Below, one piece after another: positions 25,126-37,449 of a stretch of DNA of 64,000 nucleotides. The notes under the pieces are model-generated. The model was not told where the DNA came from, made no database searches, and saw only the letters and a program-made list of their open reading frames with translations. Source of the DNA: Mobula hypostoma (taxonomy: Eukaryota). How positions within the stretch are numbered: position 1 is the stretch's first letter; each line of letters opens with the position of its first letter. The stretch is taken from assembly GCF_963921235.1 (NCBI RefSeq), contig NC_086097.1, positions 20,834,001-20,898,000 on the forward strand, read 5' to 3'. The translations under genes were made by a program, and so were the position numbers.

Positions 25126-25432
25126 TGAATGGTGTCCAAGTTGCATGCCATCTTGGACAATGTCTCCCATCCACTACATAATGTACTGGTTGGGCACAGG
25201 AGTACATTCAGCCAGAGACTCATTCCACCGAGATGCAGCACATAGCGTCATAGGAAGTCATTCCTGCCTGTGGCCATCAAACTTTACAACTCCTCCCTTG
25301 GAGGGTCAGACACCCTGAGCCAATAGGCTGGTCCTGGACTTACTTCCTGGCATTTACATATTACTATTTAATTACTTATGGTGCAACTGTAACGAAAACC
25401 ACTTTCCCCCGGGATCAATAAAGTATGACTAT
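25126..25432 (+). mobile_element. Rex1/Babar-like LINE 3' end nested in the Penelope element
   Basis: ILDNVSHPLH...RSTFSQRLIPPRC...SFLPVAIKLYN followed by AATAAA and a short (TATGAC)-type tail. Confidence 0.7.
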
Positions 25433-25495
25433 GATTTCTCGAACTTCCGGTAATGCCCCCTCTTCATCATTCCCTAACCATTTTCTCTGTCTCAC

Positions 25496-26574
25496 AATAG
25501 ACAATAGGTGCAGGAGTAGGCCATTCGGCCCTTCGAGCCAACACCGCCATTCCACTGTGATCATGGCTGATCATCCACTATCAGTATCCATTTCTTGCCT
25601 TATCCCCATAACCTTTGATTCCACTATCTTTAAGAGCTCCATCCATCTCTTTTTTGAAAGCATCCAGAGACTTGGCCTCCACAGCCTTCTGGGGCAGAGC
25701 ATTCCATATATCCACCACTCTCTGGGTGAAAAAGTTTTTCCTCAACTCCGTTCTAAATGGTCTACCCCTTATTCTTAAACTGTGGCCTCTGGTTCTGGAC
25801 TCACCCATCAGCGGGAACATGCTTCCTGCCTGCAGCGTGTCCAATCCCTTAATAATCTTATATGTTTCAATAAGATCCCCTCTCAGCCTTCTAAATTCCA
25901 GAGTATACAAGCCCAGTCGCTCCAATCTTTCGACATATGACAGTTCCGCCATCCCGGGAATTAACCTCGTGAACCTACGCTGCACTCCCTCAATAGCAAG
26001 AATGTCCTTCCTCAAATTTGGAGACCAAAACTGCACACAGTACTCCAGATGTGGTCTCACCAGGGCCCTGTACAACTGCAGAAGGACCTCTTTGCTCTTA
26101 TACTCAATTCCCCTTGTTATAAAGGCCAGCATGCCGTTAGCTTTCTTCACTGCCTGCTGTACTTGCATGCTTGCTTTCAGTGACTGATGTAGAAGAACAC
26201 CTCGATCTCGTTGTGCTTCCCCTTTTCCTAACTTGACTCCATTTAGGTAATAATCTGCCTTCCGTTCTTACCACCAAAGTGGATAACCTCACATTTATCC
26301 ATATTAAACTGCATCTGCCATGCATCTGCCCACTCACCCAGCCTGTCCAAATCACCCAGCATTCTCATAACATCCTCCTCACATTTCACACTGCCTCTCA
26401 GCTTTGTGTCATCGGCAAATTTGCTAATGTTACTTTTAATTCCCTCATCTAAACCATTAATTTATATTGTAACAGCTGCGGTCCCACCACTGAACCCTGC
26501 GGTACCCCACTGGTCACCGCCTGCCATTCCGAAAGGCACCCGTGAATCGCTACTCTTTGTTTTCCGTCAGCCAG
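25496..26574 (-). mobile_element. CR1-clade LINE, 5'-truncated, young
   Basis: Open 195-aa C-terminal ORF (25581-26168), (CTATTGT)n tail, probable TSD CTCAC (25491-25495 and 26575-26579). Confidence 0.92.
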
Positions 26575-27354
26575 CTCACCTTATCTCTTTGCCTGCCCAT
26601 CGCCTCCTTCTAGTGCTCCCCCACCCCTTTTCTTTCACCATGGCCTTCTGTCCTCTTCAATCGGATTACCCCTTCTCCAGCCCTGTATCTCTCTCACCAA
26701 TCAACTTCCACCCTCCCTCCCGGTTTCAGCAATCGCCTTGTGTTTCTTCCTCCCCTCCCCCCACTTCTAATTCTGTCTCATTTTTTTTCTCTCTCCAGTC
26801 GGCAGAAAGGCTCTGCCCGAAACATCGACTTTACCCTCTCCATAGATGCTGCCTGGCCTGCTGAGTTCCTCCAGCATTTTTGCGTGTGCGTGTTGCTTAG
26901 ATTTCCCGCATCTGCAGATTTTTCTCTTGTTTGCGTGAGGGATGTGGATGGTACACTGGAGGAAAACATTTAATATAAACTGACACTAAGATCGGCACAA
27001 CATTTACCTTTTCACTTGCATTATTTGTCTTCTTTATCATAAATTCTGTTGTATTTCTTTATTTTTTTCTCTGCATGCCTGTAAGAAAATATATCTCACG
27101 GTGACGTGATACTTTGACAATACAGTTTACTACGGACATTGTCTAGTGCTGTGCTATTCTGTGACATCTTTCGTTTTTGCTACAGATTCCAGCGACTTCA
27201 GCTCTGTTTCTTTCGGGCAACAAGCGTGGGACGGTAGTTTAATGCGTTTTGTTTACAACTAAACCTCGATGTACTCGAGGAGCGGGAGGGGAGCCGAGCG
27301 GGACAGGTGCAGTCGAAAGGGTCCGCCACCAGCTGCAATGGTCACTCTAAAGGG

Positions 27355-28130
27355 GGACCCTGCTGTACTCGCTTTACACTTACCACTGCGTGGCTAAGCA
27401 CAGTTCCAATGCCACATTCGAATTTGCTGACGACAACACCGCCGTGGGCCGAATCAAAGGTGGTGATGTATCAGCAGACAGTAGGGAGATTGAAAATCTG
27501 TCCGAGTGGTGTCATTACAACAACCTCCCACTCAATGTCAGCAAGACCAAGGAACTGATCATAGACGTGAGAAGGAAACCAGAGGGCCATGAGCCAGTCC
27601 TCATCGGAGGAGCAGAGGTGTAGAGGGTGAAGAACTTTAAATTCCTATGTGTCATTATTTCAGAGGACCCGTCCGAGTCCAGCCCGCAAGTGCAATTGCG
27701 AAGAAAGCACGACAACGTCTCTACTTCCTTAAGAGTTTGCGGAGATTTAGCATGTCATCTAAAACTTTTAACACCCGTCTAAAGACGTGCAATGGACAGT
27801 GTACTGACTGGCTGCATCATAGTTTGTTATGGAAACACCAATACCCTTGAACGGAAAGTCCTACAGATAAGTAGTGGATACACCCCCGTTCATCGCGGGT
27901 AAAGCCCTCCGAACCGTTGAGCACATCTACATGAAACGCTGTCCTTGCATCCATCATCAGGGATCCCCAGGGCATGCTCTCTTCTCGCTCGCTGCTGCCA
28001 TCAAAAAGAAGGTACAAGAGCCTCAGGACTCACACCACCAGGTTCAGGAATGGTTTCTACCACTCAACCATCAGGCCCTGTAACAAAAGACGATAACTTC
28101 ACTTGCCTATCATTGAAATGTTCTCACAAC
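27355..28130 (+). mobile_element. Rex1/Babar-like LINE fragment
   Basis: FADDNTAVG, LNVSKTKELIID and KARQRLYFLKSLRRF motifs. Its 3' UTR continues after 29180. Confidence 0.75.
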
Positions 28131-29173
28131 TGGTCCTCACCTACCACCCCACCAGCCTCCGGGTCCAACATATTATTCTCCGTAACTTCCGCCACCTCCA
28201 ACGGGATCCCACCACTAAGCACATCTTTCCCTCCCCCCCCCTGCATTCCGCAGGGATCGCTCCCTACACAACTCCCTTGTCCATTCGTCCCCCCCATCCC
28301 TCCCCACTGATCTCCCTCCTGGCACTTATCCGTGTAAGCGGAACAAGTGCTACACATGCCCTTACACTTCCTCCCTTACCACCATTCAGGGCCCCAAACA
28401 GTCCTTCCAGCTGAGGCATCACTTCACCTGTGTGTCGACTGGGGTGATATACTGCGTCCGGTGCTCCCGGTGTGGCCTTTTATATATTGGTGAGACCCGA
28501 CGCAGACTGGGAGACCGCTTTGCTGAACATCTACGCTCTGTCCGCCAGAGAAAGCAGGATCTCCCAATGGCCACACATTTTAATTCCACATCCCATTCCC
28601 ATTCTGACATGTCTATCCACGGCCTCCTCTACTGTAAAGATGAGGCCACACTCAGGTTGGAGGAACAACACCTTATATTCCGTCTGGGTAGCCTCCAACC
28701 TGATGGCATGAACATCGACTTCTCTAACTTCCGCTAAGGCCCCACCTCCCCCTCGTACCCCATCTGTTACTCATTTTTATGCACACATTCTTTCTCTCAC
28801 TCTCCTTTTTCTCCCTCTGTCCCTCTGAATATACCTCTTGCCCATCCTCTGGGTCACCCCCCCTTGTCTTTCTTCCCGGACCTCCTGTCCCATGATCCTC
28901 TCGTATCCCTTTTGCCTATCACCTGTCCAGCTCTCGGCTCTATCCCTCCCCCTCCTGTCTTCTCCTATCATTTTGCATCTCCCCCTCCCCCTCCAGCTTT
29001 CAAATCCCTTACTCACTCTTCCTTCAGTTAGTCCTGACGAAGGGTCTTGGCCTGAAACGTCGACTGCGCCTCTTCCTACAGATGCTGCCTGGCCTGCAGC
29101 GTTCACCAGCAACTTTGATGTATGTTGCTTGAATTTCCAGCATCTGCAGAATTCCTGTTGTTTGCGTTTAAAT
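28131..29173 (+). mobile_element. Penelope-like element, 5'-truncated, with intact GIY-YIG domain
   Basis: GVIYCVRCSRCGLLYIGETRRRLGDRFAEH...LEEQHLIFRLGSLQPDGMN (28432-28737). 7-bp TSD TCACAAC (28124-28130 and 29174-29180). Confidence 0.9.
29030..29065 (+). ncRNA. Minimal type I hammerhead ribozyme motif in the Penelope terminal repeat
   Basis: AGUC-CUGACGA-AGG-GUCUUGG-CCU-GAAA-CG-UC^GACU. Stem I is AGUC/GACU, the CUGANGA and GAAA core is conserved, stem II is AGG/CCU, stem III is palindromic ACGU, and the predicted cut is after C29061. Confidence 0.8.
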
Positions 29174-30427
29174 TCACAACCAACGGGCTCTCTTTCAAGG
29201 ACTCTTCATCTCGTGTTCTCTATATTCACCGTTTATTTATTTATATTATTGTTTCTTCTTTTGGCATTTGCAGTTTGTTATCTTCTGCGCTCCGGTTGAA
29301 CGCCCTAGTGGGGCAGTCTTTCATTAGTTCTGTTATAGTTACTATTCGATAGATTTGTTGAGTATGCCCACAAGAAAATGAGTCTCAGGGTTATTTATGG
29401 TGACATATATGTACTTCGACAATAAAATTTACTTTTGAACTGTCTCTCGGGCCCATGCATGAGATCCCTGCCGTGTGGATCTCAGCCTTGTGCTCGTGTT
29501 AAAAGACAGAGGGACGGGCGGGCCACGGTCAGAGCAAATGTCCTCACGGAGTCTGGATAGAGGAAGCAGAATGTGGACTGGGTCAGGAAAGCGAGCAGGC
29601 CTATATTGAGAACGGTTTGATCCAGGGACCAGGTAGAGGACGGGGAGCGGGAACAGGAACATTATTCCGGATCTGCTGATATTCACACGGTGACCAAACC
29701 TGGAGTTCGTCCGGAAAAATAAGCGCGTTAACGATGCGCACTGTCTGCGCAAACCGGAGTAAAACACACAGAATGCTGGCGAAACTTAGCAAGCCAGGCA
29801 GCATCTATGGGGAGGACGTTTTGGACCGAGACCCTTCATTGGGACTGAAAAAGAAGGGTGAAGAGGCCAGAATAAGTAGGCTGCAGCTTCTGCATTTTTG
29901 TGTTTATTATGATTTGCTGCGCGAACTAGGCCGTTGGCTTGGGGAAAAGGGGAAGGCGATGCGATTGTTACCCTTCCGTCTCCAAATCAATGGCGTTTCA
30001 TTAAAAGCAGAAAACTCAATGAAAATCATATGCCATATGCAATTTGCAGATATTTATCCAAATGAAGGGTCTAGACCTGAAACGTAGACTGTCCATGTCC
30101 CTTCACAGACCGGGGCTGTCGTCCAGCATTGTAGCATCTGCAGAACCTCTTGCATATCCGAGTTCCTCCGGCTATTTTTTTAAACTCCAGATTCCACATC
30201 CGTAGTCTTCCGTGTCTACACCCACTTGTACCTGGAGCATAGCCCTCCATACTCCTCCCACTCTTGTACCAATCCAAATCTCTCTTAAACGTTGAGATCG
30301 AACCCATATCCACCACTTCAACTGCCCGTTCTCCCTATGTTCCCTTTGAACATTTCACCTTTTTCAGCCTCAGCGGAATGTAAACCTATCTACACCCCTC
30401 AGAATCTTGATTAAGCAATAAAGAGAT

Positions 30428-30509
30428 CGACGAAGGTGGGATTCGAACCCACGCGTGCAGAGCACAATGGATTAGCAGTCCATCGCCTTAACCACTCGGC
30501 CACCTCGTC
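30428..30509 (-). tRNA. tRNA-Ser, anticodon GCT
   Basis: GACGAGGTGGCCGAGTGGTTAAGGCGATGGACTGCTAATCCATTGTGCTCTGCACGCGTGGGTTCGAATCCCACCTTCGTCG: 82 nt, intact A and B boxes, long variable arm, paired acceptor stem, G discriminator. Confidence 0.97.
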
Positions 30510-33500
30510 ACATACCTGCAAAGTGGAGAATTTGTCTACACCATTCCAGAGCTAAATCCGATCGATCTGCGGGGTAAAATAACATCGCAGAGGAAGAGCG
30601 AGGAGCTGAGTGGATTATAGAACAGGCGAGGTAGTCAATGGCGGACCTTCTCAAGTGGAAAGGAGCTGTATTCAGAATCCGAACGAGTCGCTCCAAGGGA
30701 CCTGCTCTTTTACAGTTCGTAGCAGGTATGCGCAGGAGGAAGCAATTGCGGCACTTGGGTGGTACCAGCTGGAAAACTGAGAGATGGAATTTAATGCAGA
30801 CAAGCGTGAGGTGTTACATTTTGGGAGGACAGACTAGGGCACTGACGAATGTGGTAGAACTGAGGGATTTTTAAATACAGATCCACAATTCGCTGAAAGT
30901 GGCGTCACAGGTAGATAGGGTCCTAAAGAGAGCTTTAGGCACATTGGTCGTCACAGATTAATGTATAGGGTACAGGAGATGAGATTTATGTTGAAGTTGT
31001 TCAAGACGTTGGTGAGGCCCAATTTGAATCATTTTGTGTAGTCTTGATCACCTACTTAGAGGAAAGATGCCAGTAAGATTGGAAAGAGGGCAAAGAGCAT
31101 TTACAAGAATGGTGCCAGGTCTTGAGACAGGGAAAGGTTGAATTGGTTGGGCAACACACATCAAAGTTGCTGGTGAACGCAGCAGGCCAGGCAGCATCTC
31201 TAGATTGGTTGGGACTCTGTTCCCTGGAGTATAGAAGAATGCGAGGAGATTTGATCGATTTCAACATTTGAGAGAGATTTGGAATAGGTATATGGATGGG
31301 CGAAGTATGAGGGGCTATGGGCCGGGTGCAGGTCGATGAGACGAAACAGATTAATAGCTCGGCATATTTCTGTCTATAATGCTCAATGACTATCGGGAGA
31401 CCCAAAGGAATTTACCCATAAGCCAACAAAAAACAAGAGAAAATCTGCAGATGCTGGAAATCCAAGCAACACATACAAATTGCTGGAGAAATTCTGCAGG
31501 CCAGGCGGCATCTATGGAAAAGAACACAGTCGATGTTTCGGGCGATCACTTTGTGTGTTTTTCCCCCTAAACCAACCCTCTTTCTTAATTACCGAACAGT
31601 TTGGCACGGACCAGATGGGCTGGCTTCTGTGCAGTATTGTTTTATAACCCTCCTGCATTTCATCCTCTCAACTGAGTTAGCACGATGGCGTAGCGGTTAG
31701 TGCGATCGCTTTACACCGCTAATGAGAGGGAGTTCGATACCTGCCGCTGTATTTAACAGTTTGTACGATCTTCAGATCGTGTGGTTACGTTCTCTCCCAC
31801 ATTTTAAGGATTGCAAGTTAGGGTATATTTGACAAATAGAGCTAATCTTTTCTTTTAACTTTCATAACTAGGTCAGGGTCACTCGTGAACCTGTAACCCA
31901 CAATGTAAACAACACACACAAAATGCTGGAGGATCTCAGAAAGCCGGCAGCATCTATGAAAAAGAGGAAATAGTCGACGTCTCGGACCGAGACCCTTCCG
32001 CAGATACACGGGTTTGAGTTCCTCCAGCACTTTGTGTGCGTTGCTTGAGTTTCTAGCATCTGCAGATTTTCTCCTGTTTGTGACAGGACCCACAATCTAA
32101 ACGTTGTGGAACTGGAAGCCTTCACCCCCTGCCCCCCGCCCCCCGAACTATCGCTGTTCTTTCAGTACACATGAAGAACTAGAGGAACTCCGCGGAGCAG
32201 GACTGGAGGGGAAGAAATGGCCAGACGCGTAAGCGTCAGTGTTGCGCTAACCCGCCGTGTTTTAGAGTCGGACAAAACCCTCAAATAAACAATGCCCCCC
32301 AAATAGTTAATTATCACCACTAGCCCCCCTACCACGAGCAGTAGTGCATATACATACAGGAAACCCTAACTCTCGTTTCTTTCCCCACCTCTTCATTCCG
32401 CTTTGAGGGAAAATCCGCCTCTACCACAGCACTTAGGTACTCGTTGATAAATTCGCTTACTCAAAACGCGAGCGAGTGAACATTTATTGCAAGATTAGAC
32501 GACCATGCAACTTCTTCTCCAACAGCACCGTGGGCACAGCCACACCTCACGCAGAGCAGCTCATCAGGGATGGGCAATTAAATTCTGTCTCAGCCTGTGA
32601 AAAATCACATCTCTTTAATGATCATATAACATTACAGCACCACACAGGGTCTTCGTTTGTTCCAACCGTATAACTCAAAGACCCATCTACCCCTTTCCTT
32701 CTACAGAGCCCTCCTATTTTCTATCATTTCTTAAATGCCCCTAATGTATCTGTGTCTACCATTATCCTTGGCAAGGTGTTCCAAGTACTCACCACTCTAT
32801 GTGAAAAATAAACTACCAATCTCATACACCCCCACTCTATACATCCCCTGGAAAAGGTCTTTTGCTGTCTGGCCCAACTTTGTCTCTAATCATACTGTGT
32901 ACACCTATCATCCTCCTTTGCTCCATTGACAAAAACTTTCTTCATAAATCATGATCTCTCGTCCAGGCAGCTTCCTAGTAAATCTCTGCACCCTCTCTAG
33001 AGCTTCCACAACCTTCCTGTAATGAGGTGACCGGACTGAATGCACACAGTATTCCAAGCACGGCCTAAACTACAAAGAAAGAAAATCTCACACAACATGG
33101 GCTGGAATGGTTCCCTGCAGAGGACGGCGGGTTTGACTTTTCTTTTGGGTATGTGGAGAATTAGTGGCAGGAAGGAGATTTACACCAAGGTGTTGTTTTC
33201 CTTCCGGATTAAGTTGTGCGATGAGACCATTGTTGGAGCACAGGCGGGGTAGGCCACTGACTGTGCAGACAGGGCTGGGCAGTAAGTGAGGCAAAGCAGT
33301 CATCTCACCCATGTGCTCTGCGGTGCATCCCCAAGCTTCCCAATGTCACGTCTCCACTTTATGCGGTCACAGGCTGGAGAGCCCTCGCAGTCAATATGGT
33401 TCTTGCACTTCTGCAAGGAAACTTTCAGCAAAGACGGTCCACCCCAAAACGTCCTTGGGCTGGAACTCAGAATTTTCTATGGCCCAGGAGCAGGCCCACA

Positions 33501-34039
33501 ATGTCTCTGTCGACTACAACCCCAAATGAAACAAATGCCTTTGCCTTCACATAGCCCATAACTTTTCATTTCCCACATGTTCTTTTCTCTATCTGAAAGC
33601 CCTTTAAATATCACCATCACATCTGGTGCCACCACCACCACCAATCCTGGGCGTGAATTTCATACATCTACCACTATCCTCTGACGTTATGCACCAAGCA
33701 CCCCCAAACCTTTCCGTTTTCTACAAGGCACAACTCAGAAATGTGATTATGTACTCTCAACAAGCCTAGATAAGACCAAAAGACATAGGGGCATTTGATC
33801 ATGGTTGAATTTACTTTCCCTCTCAACTCCATTCTGCTGCCTTCTCCCTGTAACATTTGCTGATTTACTAATCAGGAGCCCAATATACGCTAAGACTTGA
33901 CTTCCATATCCATCTGAGAATTCTGGACTTACCACCCTCTGGCTAAAGAAATTCCTCTGGATCTCTATTCTAAAAGGATGCCCTTGTATTATGAATCTGT
34001 GGCCTCTGGTCCTAGACTCTCCCATTACTGGAAACATGG

Positions 34040-36535
34040 AGGGATTGTCGACAGAGTCTCTGTGGGTGGAAGTTAGGAACAGGAAACAAGTCAATAACTT
34101 TACTAGATTTTTTTTTTTATAGACCACCCAATAGTAACAAAGACATTGAGCAGATAGGGAGACAGATTCTGGAATCGTGTAATAATAACAGGGTTGTTGT
34201 GGTGGGAGATATTAATTTCCCAAATACCCCCTAGAGTGAGGGGTTTAGATGGGGTGGAGTTTGTTAGGTGTGTTCAAGAAGGTTTCTTGACACAATATGT
34301 AGATAAGTCTACAAGAGGAGAGGCTGTACTTGATCTGGTATTGGGAAATGAACCTGGTCAGGTGTCAGATCACTCAGTGGGAGAACATTTTGGAGATAGT
34401 GATCACAATTCTATCTCCTTTAGCATAGCTTTGGAGAGGGATTGGAACAGACAAGTTAGGACAGCATTTAATTGAAGTAAGGGGAAATAGGCTATCAGGC
34501 AGGAACTTGGAAGCTTAAATTGGGAAAGATGTTTTCAGGAAAACATACAGAAGAAATGTGGCAAATGTTCAGGGGATATTTGCGTGAAGTTCTGCATAGG
34601 TACTTTCTGAGATGGGAAAGGATGGTAGGGTACAGAAATCATGGTGTACAAAGGTGGTTGTAAATCTAGTCAAGAAGAAAAGAGCTTACAAAAGGTTAAA
34701 AAAACTAGGTAATGATAGAGAGCTAGAAGATTATAAGGCTAGCAGGAAGGAGCTTAAGAATGAAATTAGGAGAGCCAGAAGGGGCCATGAGAAGGCTTTG
34801 GCGGACAGGATTAAGGAAAACCCCAAGGCATTCTACAAGTATGTGAAGAGCAAGAGGATAAAATGTGAGAGAATAGGATCAAACCAGTGTGACAGTGGAA
34901 AAGTGTGTATGGAACCGGAGGAGATAACAGAGGTACTTAATGAATATTTCACTTCAATATTCACTACGGAAAAGGATCTTGGCGATTGTAGGATGACACA
35001 GCAGACTGAAAAGCTTGAGCATGTAGATATTAAGGAAGAGGATGTGCTGGAGCTTTTGGAAAGCATCAAGTTGGATAAGTCACCGGGACCAGATGAGAAG
35101 TACCCCAGGCTACTGTGGGAGGCGAGGGAGGAGATTGCTGAGCCTCTGGCAATGATCAGTGGGGACGGGAGAGGTTCCGGAGGACTGGAGGGTTGTGGAT
35201 GTTGTTCCCTTATTCAAGAAAGGGAGTAGAGATAGCCTAGGAAATTATAGACCAGTGAGTCTTACTTCAGTGGTTGTTAAGTTGATGGAGAAAATTCTGA
35301 GAGGCAGGATTTATGAACATTTGGAGAGGCATAATATGATTAGGAATAGTCAGCATGGCTTTGCCAAAGGCAGGTTGTGCCTTACGAGCCTGATTGAATT
35401 TTTTGAGGATGTGACTAAACACATTGATGAAGGTAGAGCAGTAGATGTGGTGTATATGGATTTCAGCAAGGTATTTGATAAGGTACCCCATTGCAAGGCT
35501 TATTGAGAAAGTAAGGAGGCATGTGATCCAAGGGAACATTGTTTTGTGGATCCAGAACTGGCTTGCCCACAGAAGGGAAAAGGTGGTTGTACCAGTGGTG
35601 TGCCTCAGGGATCTGTTCTGGGACACACTACTCTTCATGATTTTTATAAATGACCTGGATGAAGAAGTGGAGGGATGGATGGGTTAGTACATTTGCTGAT
35701 AACACAAAGGTTGGAGGTGTTGTGGATGGCGTGAAGGACTGTCAGAAGTTACAGCAGGACATTGATAGGATGCAAAACTGGGCTGAGAAGTGGCAGGTGG
35801 AGTTCAACCCAGATAAGTGTGAAGTGCTTCATTTTGGTAGGTCAAATATGATGGCAGAATATAGTAAGACACTTGGCAGTGTGGAGAATCAGCGGGATCT
35901 TGGGGTCTGAGTCTATAGGGCGCTCAAAGCTGCTGTGCGGGTTGACTCTGTGGTTGAGAAGGCATATGGGATTGAGTTTAGGAGCCGAGAGGAAATGTTG
36001 CAGCTATATAGGGCCCTGGTCAGACTCCACTTGGAGTACTGTGTTCAGTTCTGGTCGCCTCACTACAGGAAGGATGAGGAAACCATAGAAAGGGTGCAGA
36101 GGAAACTTACAAGGATGTTGCCTGGATTGGGGAGCATGCCTTATGAGAATAGGTTGAGTGAATTCGGCCTTTTCTCCTTGGAGCGACGGAGGATGAGAGG
36201 TGACCCGATAGAGGTATAAGATGAGAGGCATTGATCACGTGGGTAGTCAGAGGCTTTTTCCCAGGGTTGAAATGGCTAGCACGAGAGGGCACAGTTTTAA
36301 GGTGCTTAGAAGTAGGTACAGGGAAGATGTCAGGGGTAAGTTGTTGTTGTTCTTGTTGTTTTTAAAAACACAGACTGGTGAGTGCTTGGAATGGGCTGCC
36401 AGCGTCGGTGGTGGAGGCAGATGCGATAGGGTCTTTTAAGAGACTTCTGGATAGGTACATGGAGCTTAGAAAAATAGAGGTCTATGGGTAACCCTAGGCA
36501 ATTTCTAAGGTAAGGACATGTTCGGCACAACTTGT
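34040..36535 (+). mobile_element. CR1-clade LINE ORF2 remnant (endonuclease end to 3' UTR)
   Basis: LDLVLGNE, GDSDHNSI, NYRPVSLTSVV, YMDFSKVFDKVPH, FADNTK and HLEYCVQFWSP motifs with frameshifts. Confidence 0.92.
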
Positions 36536-37449
36536 TCAGGTTGGGTGGGGTCTTTGATTATGCTGGCCGCTTTTCTGAGTCAGCAAGTATGGTCCATGGA
36601 GAGGAGGCTGGTTCATGTTGTCCCGAGCTTACGGCTTCTTTTATGTTGCGATCTCAAACTCACTAAGAGCTCTATCAAGAACATTTGTAAATGGATGTCA
36701 CATACTGGCCCAAAGGAAAGAGAACCACACCATCAAGGCACAGGCCATTCAGCCCTTTGACAATATTTAAATCTGTTCGTGGCAGATGCTTACCTCAACT
36801 CTTCACATCTCCCATTGGTACACTGGTGCAGATCGGACAGGAAGATCAGCCCTCGAGGGACTTCCTGATGATGTTGCTGTGGATTGAGGCTTCCAGAAAT
36901 AAACTCAAAGTTACAGACAGTAGAAATGGACCTGGAGGCAGTGCTGTCAATAACTTGGGTTGGGCAGCAACAAATTCATGAACTGTTTTTATCCCCTTGG
37001 GTCGCTACATAAATACGTAGCTGCAAAGTTAGCTTCAAGCTCGATTTTAAAGGCATTCAGTTATGAAGATAGAGGATTCATGTCAGTGCCCTGCTTTGGG
37101 CAACTGGGATGTGACAGCAGCAAATTATTGCTACTTCTTTTTGTTTGCAGGAGCAGAGGTGGGAGAAAAAAAATCAGCCCACACACAGTTCTGTGAGCCT
37201 CTGTGGAATAAATAGAGCCTTCATAAGAGGTTACAATTGAACTTGACTGTTTGAAAAAATTGTAAACAGAAGACAGAAGTCAACAGCACCTGATTAACTA
37301 TAGTCCAAGGTGGTCTCAGAGCAAAGTGTGAACTCAGACCTCAACAATGTACAAACCACTTGCCACTTCAAAACAACATAAGTATGCAATCAAAGCAAAA
37401 AAAAATCATTCTCATGATGTGCATGTTGTTGAGAAAGACCAGCATTTAT

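Larger units (their letters stand above)
24085..26935 (+). mobile_element. Penelope-like element (GIY-YIG region) with inverted 5' segment and nested insertions
   Basis: 24650-25107 aligns by eye with 28182-28702. 24085-24645 is Penelope sequence on the opposite strand. The element resumes at 25433 and again at 26575 after two nested LINEs. Confidence 0.75.

Noticed and set aside
32315..32340. Possible CTCF site (minus GGTAGGGGGGCTAGTG)
   Set aside because: Only a partial match to the core consensus and cannot be supported without PWM scoring.
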